Below are positions 26,362 through 38,205 of a stretch of DNA of 64,000 nucleotides, piece after piece (positions within the stretch are counted from its first letter, which is position 1; every line of letters begins with the position of its first letter). The DNA comes from Macrostomum hystrix (taxonomy: Eukaryota > Animalia > Platyhelminthes): NCBI GenBank assembly GCA_950097015.1, contig CATNEN010000038.1:20522001-20586000 (forward strand), written 5' to 3'. The notes beneath the pieces were generated by a model. It did no database searches, was not told the DNA's origin, and saw nothing but the letters and a program-made list of their open reading frames with translations. The position numbers and the translations under genes are program-made.

Positions 26362-27156
26362 TACCATTCAGTCAGTTGTTAGTGATTATAAAGCTTGGAG
26401 ATGTAAATTTTGGAGATCTGTTTAGTAGCTTCTTGTGATGTTTTGATTTTACTTCCAAATTTCTGAATTTTGATGTAAAATTAAAATGTTTTTGTATCAG
26501 TCAAATTTTAACCCACATTTCTTTTTTGAAGCAAAAACATGTGCATGTCTTCATGTTGCATCGGCAGATATATTATGCACAGACTATGATTTGGCTGATC
26601 TAACAGTCCACAACTCAATTAGCAAATACTTAAGCAATGTCATTACACATGACTATAAATGAAAACATTTATGCTGGACTAGACTACTTTTCATTGGACA
26701 ATCACGTCCAATAGGAACCTGACCCTAGCTTGACAGATAAAAACTAATTGACTGCAAATTAATCACTTAATTATATCAAAATACCATGGCTTTTGTGATT
26801 GTAAACAAATTTTAATAAAATTTCCTTAACAAATTTCATCACCTGAGTTTAACTTTTTAGCTTCATATTCAAATTCTAAAGCTTATTTAAATCATCAACA
26901 TTAGGCCTAACTTAGTAAAAACTTGAGGCTTGCAAATTCTAATAATTTAAATCTAATACCTTATTTGGTACTGTGCACATGTACTTGCCTGAAACAATGT
27001 GTCCATTAATGAATCAAGTATGTCACTAAACTAACTATTTAATTTAATTATTCTTATTGTTTATAATATTCCAGTGCTCCCATCAAGGAAGCCCTTGCAT
27101 AAAACCATAAAGCTAGTTTTATTATCTTCAAAGATTCGCACTACAAAGTCAGCATC

Positions 27157-28647
27157 ATGCCTAGTCAAATTCTGGAAATTAAGCCAGACACTGAATTAGC
27201 CTTTCGTGGCCCATTTGATAAGGTGGTTACATCTGTGCTTAAATTGCGTAACCCTGGCAGTGATGTGGTGGCTTTTAAGGTAAGCATTTTCTACTACTTT
27301 GAAATTATATGTAATTTAGGCCTAAATAAAATTTTGAACTAAACCTCGCAGGTGAAAACAACAGCGCCTAAACGGTATTGCGTGCGCCCGAATAGCGGCT
27401 TAGTGCAGCCAAACAGTGAAGTAGAAGTGGCAGTCATGCTCCAACCATTTGATTATGATCCGGCTGACAAGTCGCGCCACAAATTCATGGTTCAGAGTCT
27501 GGCAGTGAAGTCTGGCGCAGTTGAAAGCCTGGACGATCTGTGGAAGTCTGCCACACCCGACACTCTGATGGATTCGAAATTGAAGGTTCGATAAGACTCA
27601 AGAAAGTAAATGTTTTAGAAAGAGGAATTCGTAGGGAGAGACACGTAGAGAAACACATAGACAGCGAGATGTAGGGAACTATATGAGTAGAGAGATGTTA
27701 GGAAATATGTGAGAATGGAGATAGAGGGAAACTTGTAGGGAGAGAGATAGAGGGAAACATGTAGGGAGTGAGATAGAGGGAAACATGTAGGGAATGAGAT
27801 AGAGGGAAACATGTAGGGAATGAGATAGAGGGAAACATGTAGGGAGTGAGATGAAGGGAAACATGTAGGGAGTGAGATGAAGGGAAACATGTAGGGAGTG
27901 AGATGAAGGGAAACATGTAGGGAGTGAGATAAAGGGAAACATGTAGGGAGTGAGATGAAGGGAAAATGTAGGGAGTGAGATGAAGGGAAACATGTAGGGA
28001 GTGAGATGAAGGGAAACATGTAGGGAGTGAGATGTAGGGAAACATGTAGGGAGTGAGATGAAGGGAAAGAGGCAGTGGCAGGTAGGCACAGTAGGAGAGA
28101 GTCGCAGTATTTACATGTTTCACAATGGGACCCGCAGGTGCTTCTGGATCCCGGCAGCGATGACTCGGCTATCTCCGGCGGTGTCAGTGGTGTCAGCTCG
28201 GACTCTCAGCATCAGAAGTCGGTCACTTCAACGCCTTCGCCTGTTGGAAGCAGCGAGCCAATTATCAAGCATCAGCAGCAGCCGCAGCAGCTGGCGTCAG
28301 CCAAGGTGCAGTCCCAGGAGCCAGGGAGCAGTCCCGCAGCTCCCAGGAAGGAGCCGGCAGCCACGCCGGCCGCAGGCGGCCCGGGTATCGGTGCATCGGA
28401 TTCTAGCCGCAGCCTGCAGGCGGAGATTCAGCGCCTAAAAGATGACAACGCCAGGCTGCAGGAGCAGGAACTGCGCCTAAGAAAATTGGCTATGCGAGAT
28501 ACTAGATCTACGGATTTGCAGCCGCAGCAGGGTGGCTCGGTTGGCCTGCAGCAGCAGCAGCAGCAGTCGGCACTGTCAATGCCGCCTGTTCTGTTCCTCG
28601 TCCTGGCCCTGGTGCTGGGTCTCATTGTGGGCAAGTTTATCCTGTGA
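27157..28647 (+). CDS. VAP: VAMP-associated protein (VAP-A/B ortholog), 288 aa; exons 27157-27279, 27352-27585, 28138-28647
   Basis: MSP domain with FK|[32 protein letters not shown] and LMDSKLK; coiled coil [12 protein letters not shown]; C-terminal [18 protein letters not shown]. Phase-0 GT-AG introns. Confidence 0.96.
27640..28070. repeat. 26-bp minisatellite (GAGATGAAGGGAAACATGTAGGGAGT)n in VAP intron 2
   Basis: AGGGAGT recurs at 27841 and 27867. Confidence 0.9.
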
Positions 28648-29047
28648 AAAAATGGCAACTTTAATGATGATTGAGAATTGTCTAGAAAGTAATGATCATA
28701 ATAATGTGTGAAACAAAAGTAGAGGCACAGAGTAAACAATAGTTTTTTCTCATTTAAAACTTTTTCCTGCTCTGAACGCATAACACAATAGTCGTATTTC
28801 GTTTTTTCTATCATTATTTTTCATCGCTGACTAATATTTATTTACATATTTATATTAGCTATTCAGCCGGTCATTGGTTAAGTAAAATACTGGTGAAATA
28901 ATTGCTGTTTCAAGCGTTAAGCAGTAAACTTTTTCTGTACCTTATTCCATGTTCGCGTCACTAATTCAATGCTCTATTTTAGATATAATCTTGGTTTACA
29001 AAGAGATGAGAATAAGTTAGTCATAAAGTCCTCATTTATTATTGATC

Positions 29048-30276
29048 AGTATTCCCATTAGTTAGAATAGTATTCCCATTAGTTAGAATAGTAATCCCAT
29101 CAGTTAGAATAGTAATCCCATTAGTTAGAATAGTAATCCCATCAGTTAGAATAGTAATCCCATTAGTTAGAATAGTAATCCCATCAGTTAGAATAGTAAT
29201 CCCATCAGTTAGAATAGTAATCCCATCAGTTTGAATAGTAATCCCATCAGTTTGAATAGTAATCCGATCAGTTTGAATAGTAATCCCATCAGTTGGAATA
29301 GTAATCCCATCAGTTGGAATAGTAATCCCATCAGTTGGAATAGTAATCCCATCAGTTTGAATAGTAATCCCATCAGTTTGAATAGTAATCCCATCAGTTA
29401 AAATAGTAATCCCATCAGTTTGAATAGTAATCCCATCAGTTGGAATAGTAATCCCATCAGTTAAAATAGTAATCCGATCAGTTTGAATAGTAATCCCATC
29501 AGTTAAAATAGTAATCCGATCAGTTTGAATAGTAATCCCATCAGTTAAAATAGTAATCCCATCAGTTAAAATAGTAATCCCATCAGTTAGAATAGTAATC
29601 CCATCAGTTAGAATAGTAATCCCATCAGTTAAAATAGTAATCCCATCAGTTAGAATAGTAATCCCATCAGTTGGAATAGTAATCCCATCAGTTTGAATAG
29701 TAATCCCATCAGTTTGAATAGTAATCCCATCAGTTTGAATAGTAATCCCATCAGTTTGAATAGTAATCCCATCAGTTGGAATAGTAATCCCATCAGTTGG
29801 AATAGTAATCCCATCAGTTGGAATAGTAATCCCATCAGTTGGAATAGTAATCCCATCAGTTGGAATAGTAATCCCATCAGTTGGAATAGTAATCCCATCA
29901 GTTGGAATAGTAATCCCATCAGTTAGAATAGTAATCCCATCAGTTTGAATAGTAATCCCATCAGTTAGAATAGTAATCCCATCAGTTGGAATAGTAATCC
30001 CATCAGTTAGAATAGTAATCCCATCAGTTGGAATAGTAATCCCATCAGTTTGAATAGTAATCCCATCAGTTTGAATAGTAATCCCATCAGTTGGAATAGT
30101 AATCCCATCAGTTGGAATAGTAATCCCATCAGTTAGAATAGTAATCCCATCAGTTGGAATAGTAATCCCATCAGTTTGAATAGTAATCCCATCAGTTTGA
30201 ATAGTAATCCCATCAGTTTGAATAGTAATCCCATCAGTTAGAATAGTAATCCCATCAGTTTGAATAGTAATCCCAT
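29048..30276. repeat. 21-bp minisatellite (AATAGTAATCCCATCAGTT[T/G/A]G)n
   Basis: Direct periodicity, downstream of VAP. Confidence 0.95.
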
Positions 30277-30882
30277 TGTCAGTTGATTAGCAATGCCTAT
30301 TAACTAAGTGCAGTTTATTTGCTTTTCGACCATTGACAAAAATTGAATACGGATGCCGGGTACTTTGTATACATTTTCTTATCCTTGCTTGCTGACTAAT
30401 TCATTAGAACTTACCTTTTTGTTACTCTTACAGTTCTCGACAGTTGCGCACATCTCTCTTTGACTTTAATTATCGATTATTGATCATTTTTTGTTTGTTT
30501 TGGTTAGCGGGATAAAATCTGTTCTTGTTTTTTCACACCAAAATTTTGTCTGTTTTGTCTCGGGTTTCTAAGATACATTTTGTGTTAAATAATTGCTTAT
30601 ATTATTTTTAAAAGTGCGTATTGTAGCCTGCTGAAGTTTAATGCCTATATTATCATAAATAGTAGCTAAATCATTGCCTGCTCTCTCCTACGTCTTATTA
30701 TACACCTATGATACTTAAGTCCTTGTCTACAACCGCTATTAGAAGTATATACTGACAAATGTAGTTTTTTAGCACCTAACTCTTGTTGCTCACCATTATT
30801 TTGCCGTGTCTAACACTCTCTCTAAGCTCTTGTTACTATTCTCTTCCTTACGATACGATTCAAACTCCATCTAACTTTACCT

Positions 30883-31126
30883 CAGGGATCGGCAAACTCC
30901 TGCGGCCCTCGAAGCTCTCAAATCCGGCCCGTTGTCCGTTTGGACACCTGTTTGGACATTATCCTGTTTCATCCTTCCCCTGTCTCATCTCGTCTCTCCC
31001 GTGTCTCATCTCTCCCGTGTCTCATCTCTCCCGTGTCTCATCTCTCCACTTCCGATCTCATATTTCTCGCTGTCGTCAATTAGGTTCTGTCTTTGGCCCG
31101 CTAGCAAATAAGTTTGTCGATCCCTG
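30883..31126. mobile_element. hAT-type MITE, 244 bp, TIR CAGGGATCG[G/A]CAAAC, 8-bp TSD
   Basis: Starts CAGGGATCGGCAAAC and ends GTTTGTCGATCCCTG. Flanks CTTTACCT (30875-82) and CTTTAGCT (31127-34) form an 8-bp TSD with one mismatch. GGCCCG subterminal motifs are typical of hAT/Charlie-like elements. Contains about 4 copies of (CCCGTGTCTCATCTCT). Confidence 0.88.
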
Positions 31127-32379
31127 CTTTAGCTATCACTGACATGACTGCTTGAACCTTTACTGTCTCTGTCTCCCTCTTCAAGTCTATCTCCTAATAC
31201 GTATTCTATACTCTCTCTATCGAATAGGCATTAGGTATCACATATTAGGTATTGATTAGGCATATATTTTCATACAAAAACTAGAATTTTAAGTCTGAAA
31301 TTGTCACCTTATTATTATGTTGTTAATTTGATTTACAGCCACAATTGGCATGCTAAATGAACGCATCAATTTATTTGTTCAGGTTTTCACACTTGTGTTA
31401 CGATAATGAGCACCTCATTTTGGGAGTCTGTTGTTTTTTGTCCTATCCTTTTTTCGTCAATCCATTTTTTATTATTTGCTTTAGTATTAGTCATTGCTTA
31501 TTGATTATTGATTTTCTTTACGAATAACCAACAAATCTTTTTTCTGCTTGATTTTCTCTGTCGGTGTTTATATATCAAAGCTTTTCTGCAACTCTTCAAG
31601 TTATCTGTGTAAGGTCGCAGGTGCTGCTAATTCTACGCAGGTAATTCTACACAGCTATGCTACTAAACCCCATGATAATTGTTAGGTAAATGAGAAACTG
31701 AAAGACAGAAAATTTGTTTCCGTGTTTTATAGCTCTGACATTCAAAAGCGTTACACAATGGTTTTTTTCAACAAATAATTTGTCCGCCTTCAGTCTCTTA
31801 ACCTTGGCGTTGTGTGTTTTGCTTTTGTTTGCCTCAATTCTTATTTTCAAAAATTTATTAAAACGGTTTATTTTATTATCTTCTTCTGTTTTTTTTGACT
31901 CCGGCTTTAGTATAAAATAACTGCTCGCTTATTTCATTGATAATCCTACTTGTCCCTAACTATCCAGTGCTACCATACTGACCAGTACAATTTTATTTCT
32001 AAAATGCTGCCCTCGTTTATTAATTAACTAATTCTAATAATTGTATGGCTCCGAGTGTATCTGCGTATGATTAAAGTAAGAAATATATATGCATATAAAT
32101 GGCGTCATTTGATCGCTTCAAATGAAATTAAATTCTACTCACTTTTTGCTCTGATTTTATCTGAACTTATAAAAAGCTTTCTTATTCATTTTCCTTTGTT
32201 ATAAAACTGGTGGTCTAAAGTTTGCTTGGCATTTTCAAACCAAAATGCTTTTCTTTTGAAACATTTCATTTCAGGACGATCCCAAACGTCTAGAAATCTA
32301 CGACTGTACAGAATCCCCAACAACAGCAGTGAATTCCCCTACTTTTGAGGCATATAAACTGCAGGGAATTTCCCAACTC

Positions 32380-33645
32380 TAAAGACTCCCACCAACAGCT
32401 GAGAATTCCCTAACTCTAGAGACTGTGGAATTCCCCAACTTTAGAGACTGTGGAATTCCCCAACTCTAGAGACTGTAGAATTCCCCAACTCTAGAGACTG
32501 TGGAATTCCCCAAACTCTAGAGTCTGTGGAATTCGCCAACTCTAGAGTCTGTGGAATTCCCCAACTCTAGAGACTCCCAACATCTGGGAATTCCCCAACT
32601 CTAGAGACTCCCAACATCTGGGAATTCCCCAACTCTAGAGACTCCCAACAACAGCTGGTAATTCCCCAACTTTAGAGACTCCCAACAACAGCTGGTAATT
32701 CCCCAACTCTAAAGAATCTGGAATTCCCCAACTTTAGAGACTCCCAACAACAGCTGGGAATTCCCCAACTCTAGAGACTCCCAACATCTGGGAATTCCCC
32801 AACTCTAGAGACTCCCAACAACAGCTGGTAATTCCCCAACTTTAGAGACTCCCAACAACAGCTGGTAATTCCCCAACTCTAAAGAATCTGGAATTCCCCA
32901 ACTTTAGAGACTCCCAACAACAGCTGGGAATTCCCCAACTCTAGAGACTCCCAACAACAGCTGGTAATTCCCCAACTCTAGAGACTCCCAACAACAGCTG
33001 GTAATTCCCCAACTTTAGAGACTCCCAACAACAGCTGGTAATTCCCCAACTCTAAAGAATCTGGAATTCCCCAACTTTAGAGACTCCCAACAACAGCTGG
33101 GAATTCCCCAACTCTAGAGACTCCCAACATCTGGGAATTCCCCAACTCTAGAGACTCCCAACAACAGCTGGTAATTCCCCAACTTTAGAGACTCCCAACA
33201 ACAGCTGGTAATTCCCCAACTCTAAAGAATCTGGAATTCCCCAACTTTAGAGACTCCCAACAACAGCTGGGAATTCCCCAACTCTAAAGAATCTGGAATT
33301 CCTCAACTTTAGAGACTCCCAACAACAGCTGGGAATTCCCCAACTCTAAAGAATCTGGAATTCCCCAACTTTAGAGACTCCCAACAACAGCTGGGAATTC
33401 CCCAACTCTAAAGAATCTGGAATTCCCCAACTTTAGAGACTCCCAACAACAGCTGGGAATTCCCCAACTCTAAAGAATCTGGAATTCCCCAACTTTAGAG
33501 ACTCCCAACAACAGCTGGGAATTCCCCAACTCTAAAGAATCTGGAATTCCCCAACTTTAGAGACTCCCAACAACAGCTGGGAATTCCCCAACTCTAAAGA
33601 ATCTGGAATTCCCCAACTTTAGAGACTCCCAACAACAGCTGGGAA
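32380..33645. repeat. Composite minisatellite built on GAATTCCCCAACT[C/T]TAGAGA with variable spacers, forming higher-order units
   Basis: Alternating short (...AAAGAATCTG) and long (...CTCCCAACAACAGCTGG) subunits. Confidence 0.92.
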
Positions 33646-34064
33646 TATCTTATCCAAGGGAATTCATAACTACGGATAATCGTTTAACCGTAACCGGAAG
33701 AGACTTATAAAACAATCGTACGCTATGAGTTTTGCACTTTTAATTTATTTGACAAAGGCGGCTACTGCCATAGACGAAAGTTTCAAAGTTGCTTACCTTT
33801 TGTTGCACAGCAATCGTTGAAGTAGTTTTAACTTCCAATTGACTGTCACCACGATCTGAGTTTTGTTATTCAATGTAGGCAAAATATTTTATACAATTTA
33901 TTGAGATGCATTTGGAATTATGGCTATTCAGTCTAATCTTCAAAGGATCGCATAAAATCTGTTAGATACCATTCTACACACACTACTGGCAGTAGGTGCT
34001 ATGCGTTTTTCTTATTTCTGAAAGTGAGCGCCGACCCCAGCCTAGTTTGACAGCCACAACAAAG

Positions 34065-36593
34065 ATGTCTGACTGTGCTCAGGTTCTGCAGTTCAAGCCT
34101 AGCTCTGAGCTCATCTTCTCTGGTCCATCAGACAAGGCGCCCACTGCGGTGCTGCAGTTGTGCAATCCGACAGTAGACATTGTGGCTTTTAGGGTAAGTA
34201 AACTGTTCATTATTTTTTGCTGTAGAATCAGGCGCGTAATACTGACAGAAGAAAGTTTTTAAACTGTGATGTGTTTCAATTCCACAAACTATTTAGTTGA
34301 TAAGGTATTAAAATACATGTTGAGATAAGTTAGAGGGTAGAATATAGGTTATTTTTTCCTAAACCCGATGTTATATTCGTGTTTACGTCTTGGATAGGTT
34401 ATAAAAGTGCATGTTTATCGATAGGATGACTATAAAAAGAAAAGTATTTTGCTATGGCGCACGTGAAGTTGTAAACGAGCATGCGTATTTTTGGGGCAAG
34501 AGGGAATTAAGTGAATGTTCTTATTCTGGAAGGTGTGTTATTAAAGTGCATCTTGTTCTCTCTAAAGGGAGGTTGTTTTGGTGCACCTTGTTATTTTTTA
34601 TTTTTGACGAGAGATGTTTCAAGTGCATGTGGTTGTCCCTGACGGGAGGTTGCTTTAGTGCATCTTGTTATCTTAGACGCTAGGTGTTTTAGTGCATCTT
34701 GTTATCTTAGACGCTAGGTTGTTTTAGTGCATCTTGTTATCTTAGACGCTAGGTTGTTTTAGTGCATCTTGTTATCTTAGACGCTAGGTTGTTTTAGTGC
34801 ATCTTGTTATCTTAGACGCTAGGTTGTTTTAGTGCATCTTGTTATCTTAGACGCTAGGTTGTTTTAGTGCATCTTGTTATCTTAGACGCTAGGTTGTTTT
34901 AGTGCATCTTGTTATCTTAGACGCTAGGTTGTTTTAGTGCATCTTGTTATCTTAGACGCTAGGTTGTTTTAGTGCATCTTGTTATCTTAGACGCTAGGTT
35001 GTTTTAGTGCATATTGTTATCTTAGACGCTAGGTTGTTTTAGTGCATTTTGTTATCTTAGACGCTAGGTTGTTTTAGTGCATCTTGTTATCTTAGACGCT
35101 AGGTTGTTTTAGTGCATCTTGTTATCTTAGACGCTAGGTTGTTTTAGTGCATCTTGTTATCTTAGACGCTAGGTTGTTTTAGTGCATCTTGTTATCTTAG
35201 ACGCTAGGTTGTTTTAGTGCATCTTGTTATCTTAGACGCTAGGTTGTTTTAGTGCATCTTGTTATCTTAGACGCTAGGTTGTTTTAGTGCATCTTGTTAT
35301 CTTAGACGCTAGGTTGTTTTAGTGCATCTTGTTATCTTAGACGCTAGGTTGTTTTAGTGCATCTTGTTATCTTAGATGCTACGTTGTTTTAGTGCATCTT
35401 GTTATCTTAGACGCTAGGTTGTTTTAGTGCATCTTGTTATCTTAGACGCTAGGTTGTTTTAGTGCATCTTGTGATCCTAGACGGGAGGTTATTAAAGTAC
35501 GTGGAGCTATGGCAGATATATTGAAATGAAATGATTATGTACCCAGTGGTAATTATTGATAAAACGCACTAAAATTTAGATTAGAACACCAGCACCCGGA
35601 TGCTACAGTGTGCGATCGCCCTGCGGCTTTGTTGAGCCGCACAGCACGGTCAGTGTAACCATATTCAGCCTACTACCATTTAAAAGTGCAGTCAGAGCCA
35701 ATCGCCACAACGTCCAGAAAAGGCACAGATTTTCTGTGTACAGCTTCGTTGTGAAGTCTTTGAGCGAAACTGAGCGCGTTAATCCGGATTCTCTGTGGAT
35801 TAAGGCAGCAAAACGCGAGGATGTCATGAGCTATCGGCTCAATGTAAGCGGCCTCACTACTGCATTGCGAAGGGAAGGGGATCGAGTGGTAACACGTCCG
35901 TGAATGTGAATGTGAATGTGGTATGTGAATGTGGTAATATGTAAATAAAAATCATTTAATTTGTGCTCAGGGAGCAGCGAAATAGGGAGCAGAGTTTTCG
36001 AATGATTCGTCAGTGCCTTCGGCAGTAGGTCAGTGGGTGTGGACGGTGGGTACTTTTCTAACCCAGGCCATTGAACTCCAGCCTGCATACTTAGGCGATA
36101 TTTCAAAGTTTAAAAAAATCATCGCGTTTCCATAGCGACGAGTTTGATAATACCGGCACAGGTCGGTGAATCGAGGTGCACAAGAAAATATCTGAGACAA
36201 AATCGAACAGATTCAAAAGTTTTCAACTTGAGCAACTACTCTAATGGGTCTGAGCAACAAAAGCAGAAACAGCAACATAAGCAGCAGCGGCATCAGCAGC
36301 AGCGCGAGCTAGAGGCTCAGCTTCACCATCTGCGTAGAGAAAATGCTAAACTTTGCGAGGAGGAGTTGCGCCTCAGAAAGTCCGAATTACGCCGCTCTAT
36401 TCGTCGCCAGCCGCAGCTCCGTCAGGAAGCCAATGCTGTGCCAAAACTGCCTCTGATATCTGAACCGATTTTAGCCTGCTATGATCAGCTGCAAGAACTG
36501 CTGACGGAGGCTCAACAGCATGAGAAATACTGGCTACTGATCTGCGTTTCGACACTGGCTATTGGAACCATTATCGGCAAATTCTACATTTAA
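34065..36593 (+). CDS. Divergent VAP paralog (MSP domain, coiled coil, TM), 274 aa; exons 34065-34193, 35580-35843, 36162-36593
   Basis: QVLQFKPSSELIFSGP...LQLCNPTVDIVAFR|IRTPAPGCYSVRSPCG...HRFSVYS...LWIKAAKREDVMSYRLN|V...LRRENAKLCEEELRLRK...LAIGTIIGKFYI. Both introns are at the same codon positions and phase as in the upstream VAP. Open reading frame intact. Confidence 0.88.
34650..35485. repeat. 35-bp minisatellite (TTTTAGTGCATCTTGTTATCTTAGACGCTAGGTTG)n in intron 1 of the VAP paralog
   Basis: CTTAGAC recurs at 34741 and 34776. Confidence 0.95.
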
Positions 36594-36719
36594 TAGTGCA
36601 GCGGCATTCACCGCACCTGATCAGTTGCCGCTACTGGGGTGTCTGCCCCTGTGCTGTCTCCATCCTCTGGTTACTTTGTGCGACTGCATATATCTGCTGT
36701 CTTTCCTTTCTCGCCTCGG

Positions 36720-37550
36720 TCTCGTCTCTCTTGTGTCCTTTCTCTTGTCTCCTCTCTCCTGTCTCCTCTCTCTTGTCATCTCTCTCCTGTCTCCTCTCTC
36801 TTGTCTCCTCTCTCTTGTCTCCCCTCTCTTGTCTCCTCTCTCTTGTGATCTCTCTCTTGTCTCCTCTCTCTTGTCTCCTCTCTCTTGTCTCCTCTCTCCT
36901 GTCTCCTCTCTCTTGTCTCCTCTCTCCTGTCTCCTCTCTCTTGTCTCCTCTCTCTTGTCTCCCCTCTCTTGTCATCTCTCTCTTGTGATCTCTCTCTTGT
37001 CTCCTCTCTCTTGTCTCCTCTCTCTTGTCTCCTCTCTCCTGTCTCCTCTCTCTTGTCTCCTCTCTCCTGTCTCCTCTCTCTTGTCTCCTCTCTCTTGTCT
37101 CCTCTCTCTTGTCTCCTCTCTCTTGTGATCTCTCTCCTGTCTCCTCTCTCTTGTCTCCTCTCTCCTGTCTTCTCTCTCTTGTCATCTCTCTCTTGTCATC
37201 TCTCTCCTGTCTCCTCTCTCTTGTCTCCCCTCTCTTGTCATCTCTCTCTTGTGATCTCTCTTCTGTCTCCTCTCTCTTGTCTCCTCTCTCCTGTCTTCTC
37301 TCTCTTGTGATCTCTCTCTTGTGATCTCTCTCTTGTGATCTCTCTCCTGTCTCCTCTCTCCTGTCTTCTCTCTCTTGTGATCTCTCTCTTGTGATCTCTC
37401 TCTTGTGATCTCTCTCCTGTCTCCTCTCTCCTGTCTCCTCTCTCTTGTCTCCTCTCTCTTGTCTCCTCTCTCTTGTCTCCTCTCTCTTGTCATCTCTCTC
37501 TTGTGATCTCTCTCTTGTCTCCTCTCTCACTCTTTCCTTCTCTCCTGTCT
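36720..37550. repeat. 14-bp pyrimidine-rich minisatellite (CTCCTCTCTCTTGT)n
   Basis: Direct periodicity, between the convergent VAP paralog and sim 3' ends. Confidence 0.93.
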
Positions 37551-37889
37551 CTCAAAATTAAAATTGCATTGAATTTTTTCGTTAAAAAATTTCATTTCAG
37601 CTAACTGTTTTGAGCCGTCACATTTCGCTACTGCTACTAAAAGTAGCTTATTTCATTTTCCACCATGCGTCAAGCCTGCTTAACAGTGTCAAAATAAATT
37701 GCATGAGTCTCAAATTAGAAGAGCTACCGTTTTTCGACCCAATTAAAAATCGAAGACAGTCAAATTAAATCTTAATTCAGAAGCAACTCACTCAGGTTAA
37801 TTTCCAAACAGGTGTACAAAGCTAGGTGTTAAATTTACTAATCAATTATTCTCGCACAAAAAGGTGTTCAAAATGTAATTAATACGTGT

Positions 37890-38165
37890 TCAAGGTCGAT
37901 TGAAGTCGGGCAAAGCGAGTATATCTGAATCGTTGCCTCTTATAATGGGCGCATAGCTGCTTGCCCTGCTGTGGCAGTGAAATCCCTGGTGACGACTGTC
38001 GCAGCTTTGAGCAAATTCTTGCTGCCTGTAACAGCATTCTTCAGCGCCATAGCCAGCCAGTCTGCAGTTCGCAAAGTCCTCCCAATAGTTTGGTTGAAAA
38101 TCGGCTGTTGCTAATGACGCACCGGTTGCTAAGGAGGGCGTCAGTAAATTGAGGCTCTCATGAAT

Positions 38166-38205
<40 letters not shown>

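Noticed and set aside
32380-33645. CRISPR-like look (conserved GAATTCCCCAACT motif with variable spacers)
   Set aside because: The spacers are themselves repeated, the context is eukaryotic, and there are no cas genes; it is a composite minisatellite.
35992-36018. Minus-strand CTGACGA...GAAA motif
   Set aside because: No pairing for stem II or stem I; chance match.
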